DNA of 63,975 bases, the filler included, from an uncultured Methanosarcinales archaeon (GTDB taxonomy: Archaea; Nanobdellota; Nanobdellia; Woesearchaeales; CAYSVS01): NCBI GenBank assembly GCA_964434475.1. It is 21 parts of 21 records of this genome, joined end to end, with 100 filler letters (N's around TTAATTAATTAA, not from the genome) between each part and the next. Parts side by side here need not be neighbours in the genome. Positions count along the whole stretch, not along the records: positions 61,651 to 63,975 come from CAYSVS010000108.1; 20 more parts are not named here. One strand, given 5' to 3'. Of this stretch, positions 61,761-63,975 are shown in pieces. The notes under the pieces were generated by a model. It had not been told where the DNA came from, made no database searches, and saw nothing but the letters and a program-made list of their open reading frames with translations. Position numbers and translations under genes: made by a program. Every line of letters begins with the position of its first letter. Positions within the stretch are counted from its first letter, which is position 1.

Positions 61761-63827
61761 CCCAACTTGCTAATTTAGTTTCATAACACGCTCATAAACA
61801 GGTCTATAATAAATTAATGGTACACTACATATTTTTTCTTGTCAGGAGACATGGAGTTTGTTGATGTAGCTTGATAAATATTCAATGCTTCTTGTATGGG
61901 TTTCGATGGTTTGCGTATGCATATCTTTTTAGTTTCGGTATTTAATATTATTGATTGAATGGTTTGGGTATTCATTATTCTTACAATATTGCGCCAATCG
62001 TGATTAATGCCTTTCTCTTTGAGCATGTGTCTAATCGTATTGACCAGTTGATATGCTAAGATAGCAAGGTATAAATGCGATTCTACACGCTCATCTTTTT
62101 GGTGAAACACAGGTCTTATTTGTAAATCAGTTTTTAGACATCTAAAAGTTGATTCTACCTCCCTGATAGTGTTATATACATCCCAAATCTGTTTCTCATC
62201 TGTTTTATCAATGTTTGTACGGATAAAATACTTGCCGTTATCATTATCCTGTTTTTCTGTTTCTTGTTTTTTATGCCATAGCAAGTTAATAACCTTTCCT
62301 TTGTCTTGAATTACTTCTATATTGTATCTTCCGCTAACTAAACGATGTTTTTCTTTTATCCTTCCCAATCGTTCCCATATTTTATCGGGTTTTTTAGTGG
62401 TGCCTTTTTTGTTTAAGCCCAGCACCAAACCTGTGAGTTCTTCTTCAAAACGAGAAGATAATTTATCTGACATAGATTGCTCTTTAACTCTTTTTTGTTC
62501 ACTCTTTACCAGCATCCATGTATCTTTGAAGCCTTCGGGCGTAAATAACTGTAATTCTATGGGATTGTTTCTTTTGTCTGTTATCGATACTACAGGAATA
62601 TCATCATCAATATGATAATTTTTGATTTGTTTCCTGGAAACACAAACATATTTTAGTTTTTCTTCAATCAAATAATTGATATTATCCTCAGATGCTATGC
62701 CGGCATCCATTACTACTACTTTTTTAGTGTATTCCTTGCTGTGTCTTTTCAGGTCGTTAATCATGTCTTTTAATGTACTTACATCAGGCTTGTTGCCTTC
62801 ATATATTCTAGAATACCTTATAAATCCCTGTTGATTGATGACTCCTGCAAAAACAACTTGTTTACAATCATTACGTTTTTCTTTGTTGCGTCCGTATTTT
62901 GCCAATTTACTCCCCTTTTTTCTACCTTCAAAATAGGTATTAGAAAGATCATATATTACCAATGTATCTTTGATATCAAATATATCTATAAATCTCTGGT
63001 ACAAGAACTTATCTATAAATTCTTTGTGGGTATATAATTTGTCGGATATTTTGTATAGGCTGTAATGGGAAATTTTTTTATGTTCGTAATGGCACATATG
63101 CTGTAGTTCGCTATTGTCCTTTAAAAAAGAAGCCGTTTTATATTCTGAAGCTTTGAATAGTGCCCTGCCTATAATACTTATTAATGCCAAATTGACTTCT
63201 TCTGGATTAAAGCCAAGCGATGAAAGGCAGGCCTTTAAATCAAGGCGTTCCATAACTTGTGCGCATAAATGCTCACCGCCAAACGTTCTTGATTTCTCAA
63301 TATCAATAGAAGCTACATCAACCGTCTCCATAAGCGACTTATTGGAAGTAGGCGGAACTGAAAAAGGCTTCTCAACAGAGATATCCCGGTATTTTATAGA
63401 AAATTTTTCATAATATTCATTGGCTAGGTTATAAATAAACTCAGGATAATCTTTTGTGAATAATAATGATTGACCAAATATCTTAGATTCAAGCACTTGA
63501 ACTAACATATCTCTATTCTCTTTATTTGTCAACAAAGTTTCACTTCCAAGATATAACAGGCTCTTCTGCTTGACTTTACCTTCAATTCTGGATGCCTGCA
63601 CAAGCTGATACTGGTAAAAAGTTTTCCCAGTCTTTGAATTCTTCTTTTTTACTTGTCTTATAAACATGTGCGCAAGATAAAAAAACTATCCGAATAAAAC
63701 AATCACCATACATCACTACAAACGACATTTATAGCTAAAAAACATCCTTAAGCCCAATAAATACGTTAAAAAAAAGTGAAAAAAAGTGCAATTTTTTACT
63801 TTTTGGAAGAAAAATTATCAAGTTGGG
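61761..63827 (-). mobile_element. IS1634-family insertion sequence, intact
   Basis: TIR CCCAACTTGCTAATTT / AAATTATCAAGTTGGG. Confidence 0.85.
61814..63667 (-). CDS. IS1634-family transposase
   Basis: YDLSNTYFEG, YGRNKEKRND, VMDAGI, VESTFRCLKTDLQIRPVFH. Confidence 0.93.
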   Translation of the reverse strand: MFIRQVKKKNSKTGKTFYQYQLVQASRIEGKVKQKSLLYLGSETLLTNKENRDMLVQVLESKIFGQSLLFTKDYPEFIYNLANEYYEKFSIKYRDISVEKPFSVPPTSNKSLMETVDVASIDIEKSRTFGGEHLCAQVMERLDLKACLSSLGFNPEEVNLALISIIGRALFKASEYKTASFLKDNSELQHMCHYEHKKISHYSLYKISDKLYTHKEFIDKFLYQRFIDIFDIKDTLVIYDLSNTYFEGRKKGSKLAKYGRNKEKRNDCKQVVFAGVINQQGFIRYSRIYEGNKPDVSTLKDMINDLKRHSKEYTKKVVVMDAGIASEDNINYLIEEKLKYVCVSRKQIKNYHIDDDIPVVSITDKRNNPIELQLFTPEGFKDTWMLVKSEQKRVKEQSMSDKLSSRFEEELTGLVLGLNKKGTTKKPDKIWERLGRIKEKHRLVSGRYNIEVIQDKGKVINLLWHKKQETEKQDNDNGKYFIRTNIDKTDEKQIWDVYNTIREVESTFRCLKTDLQIRPVFHQKDERVESHLYLAILAYQLVNTIRHMLKEKGINHDWRNIVRIMNTQTIQSIILNTETKKICIRKPSKPIQEALNIYQATSTNSMSPDKKKYVVYH

Positions 63828-63975
63828 TTAATTAATCTTCTATAAACTTATGACTTCTCCGAAGTCTTAAGACTACTAACTAAACAGTATTTCACAACAA
63901 TTCTTTATCCGAGGGATTACATGTTTATAGAAATGGGAATGAGATAGAAACGCCCGACCTCAGAGAGGTCGTATT

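Noticed and set aside
61751..63837. Target-site duplication for the second IS1634
   Set aside because: Flanks TTTAT and TTAAT do not match exactly; not claimed.

Overview
The window is about 21 short contigs of a draft or metagenome-assembled genome, joined by artificial N/TTAATTAATTAA/N linkers, so gene order across linkers is meaningless. Most contigs are AT-rich and archaeal. Top6B/Top6A, ZPR1, an intron-containing tRNA, RtcA and a class III signal-peptide protein support this, and the overall style suggests DPANN (Woesearchaeota-like, inference). Nine contigs are tied to one genome by three ~50-bp sequences (A, B, C) recurring at their ends, probably ends of collapsed multicopy mobile elements. 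Several other contigs look bacterial and may be binning contamination. Mobile DNA is abundant: IS256 nested in IS1634 with an 8-bp target duplication, a second IS1634, IS5, IS6, IS200 and IS21. The most unusual region is 29460-32281, a gene-cassette-like array. Two single accessory genes are each enclosed by their own perfect 14-15 bp inverted repeat, and a third arm opens an interrupted unit. Left arms are followed by GTT, and units are separated by spacers carrying a TWTAACA-N8-11-TGTTAWA palindrome and GAA-loop hairpins. This resembles an integron-like system but not canonical attC, and no integrase is present in the window. Also notable are a repeated module (CxxC-less thioredoxin-like exported protein, surface protein, Bro-N) with mosaic variable segments, a tRNA-Arg(TCT) with two introns, and a small att-like scar at tRNA-Cys.
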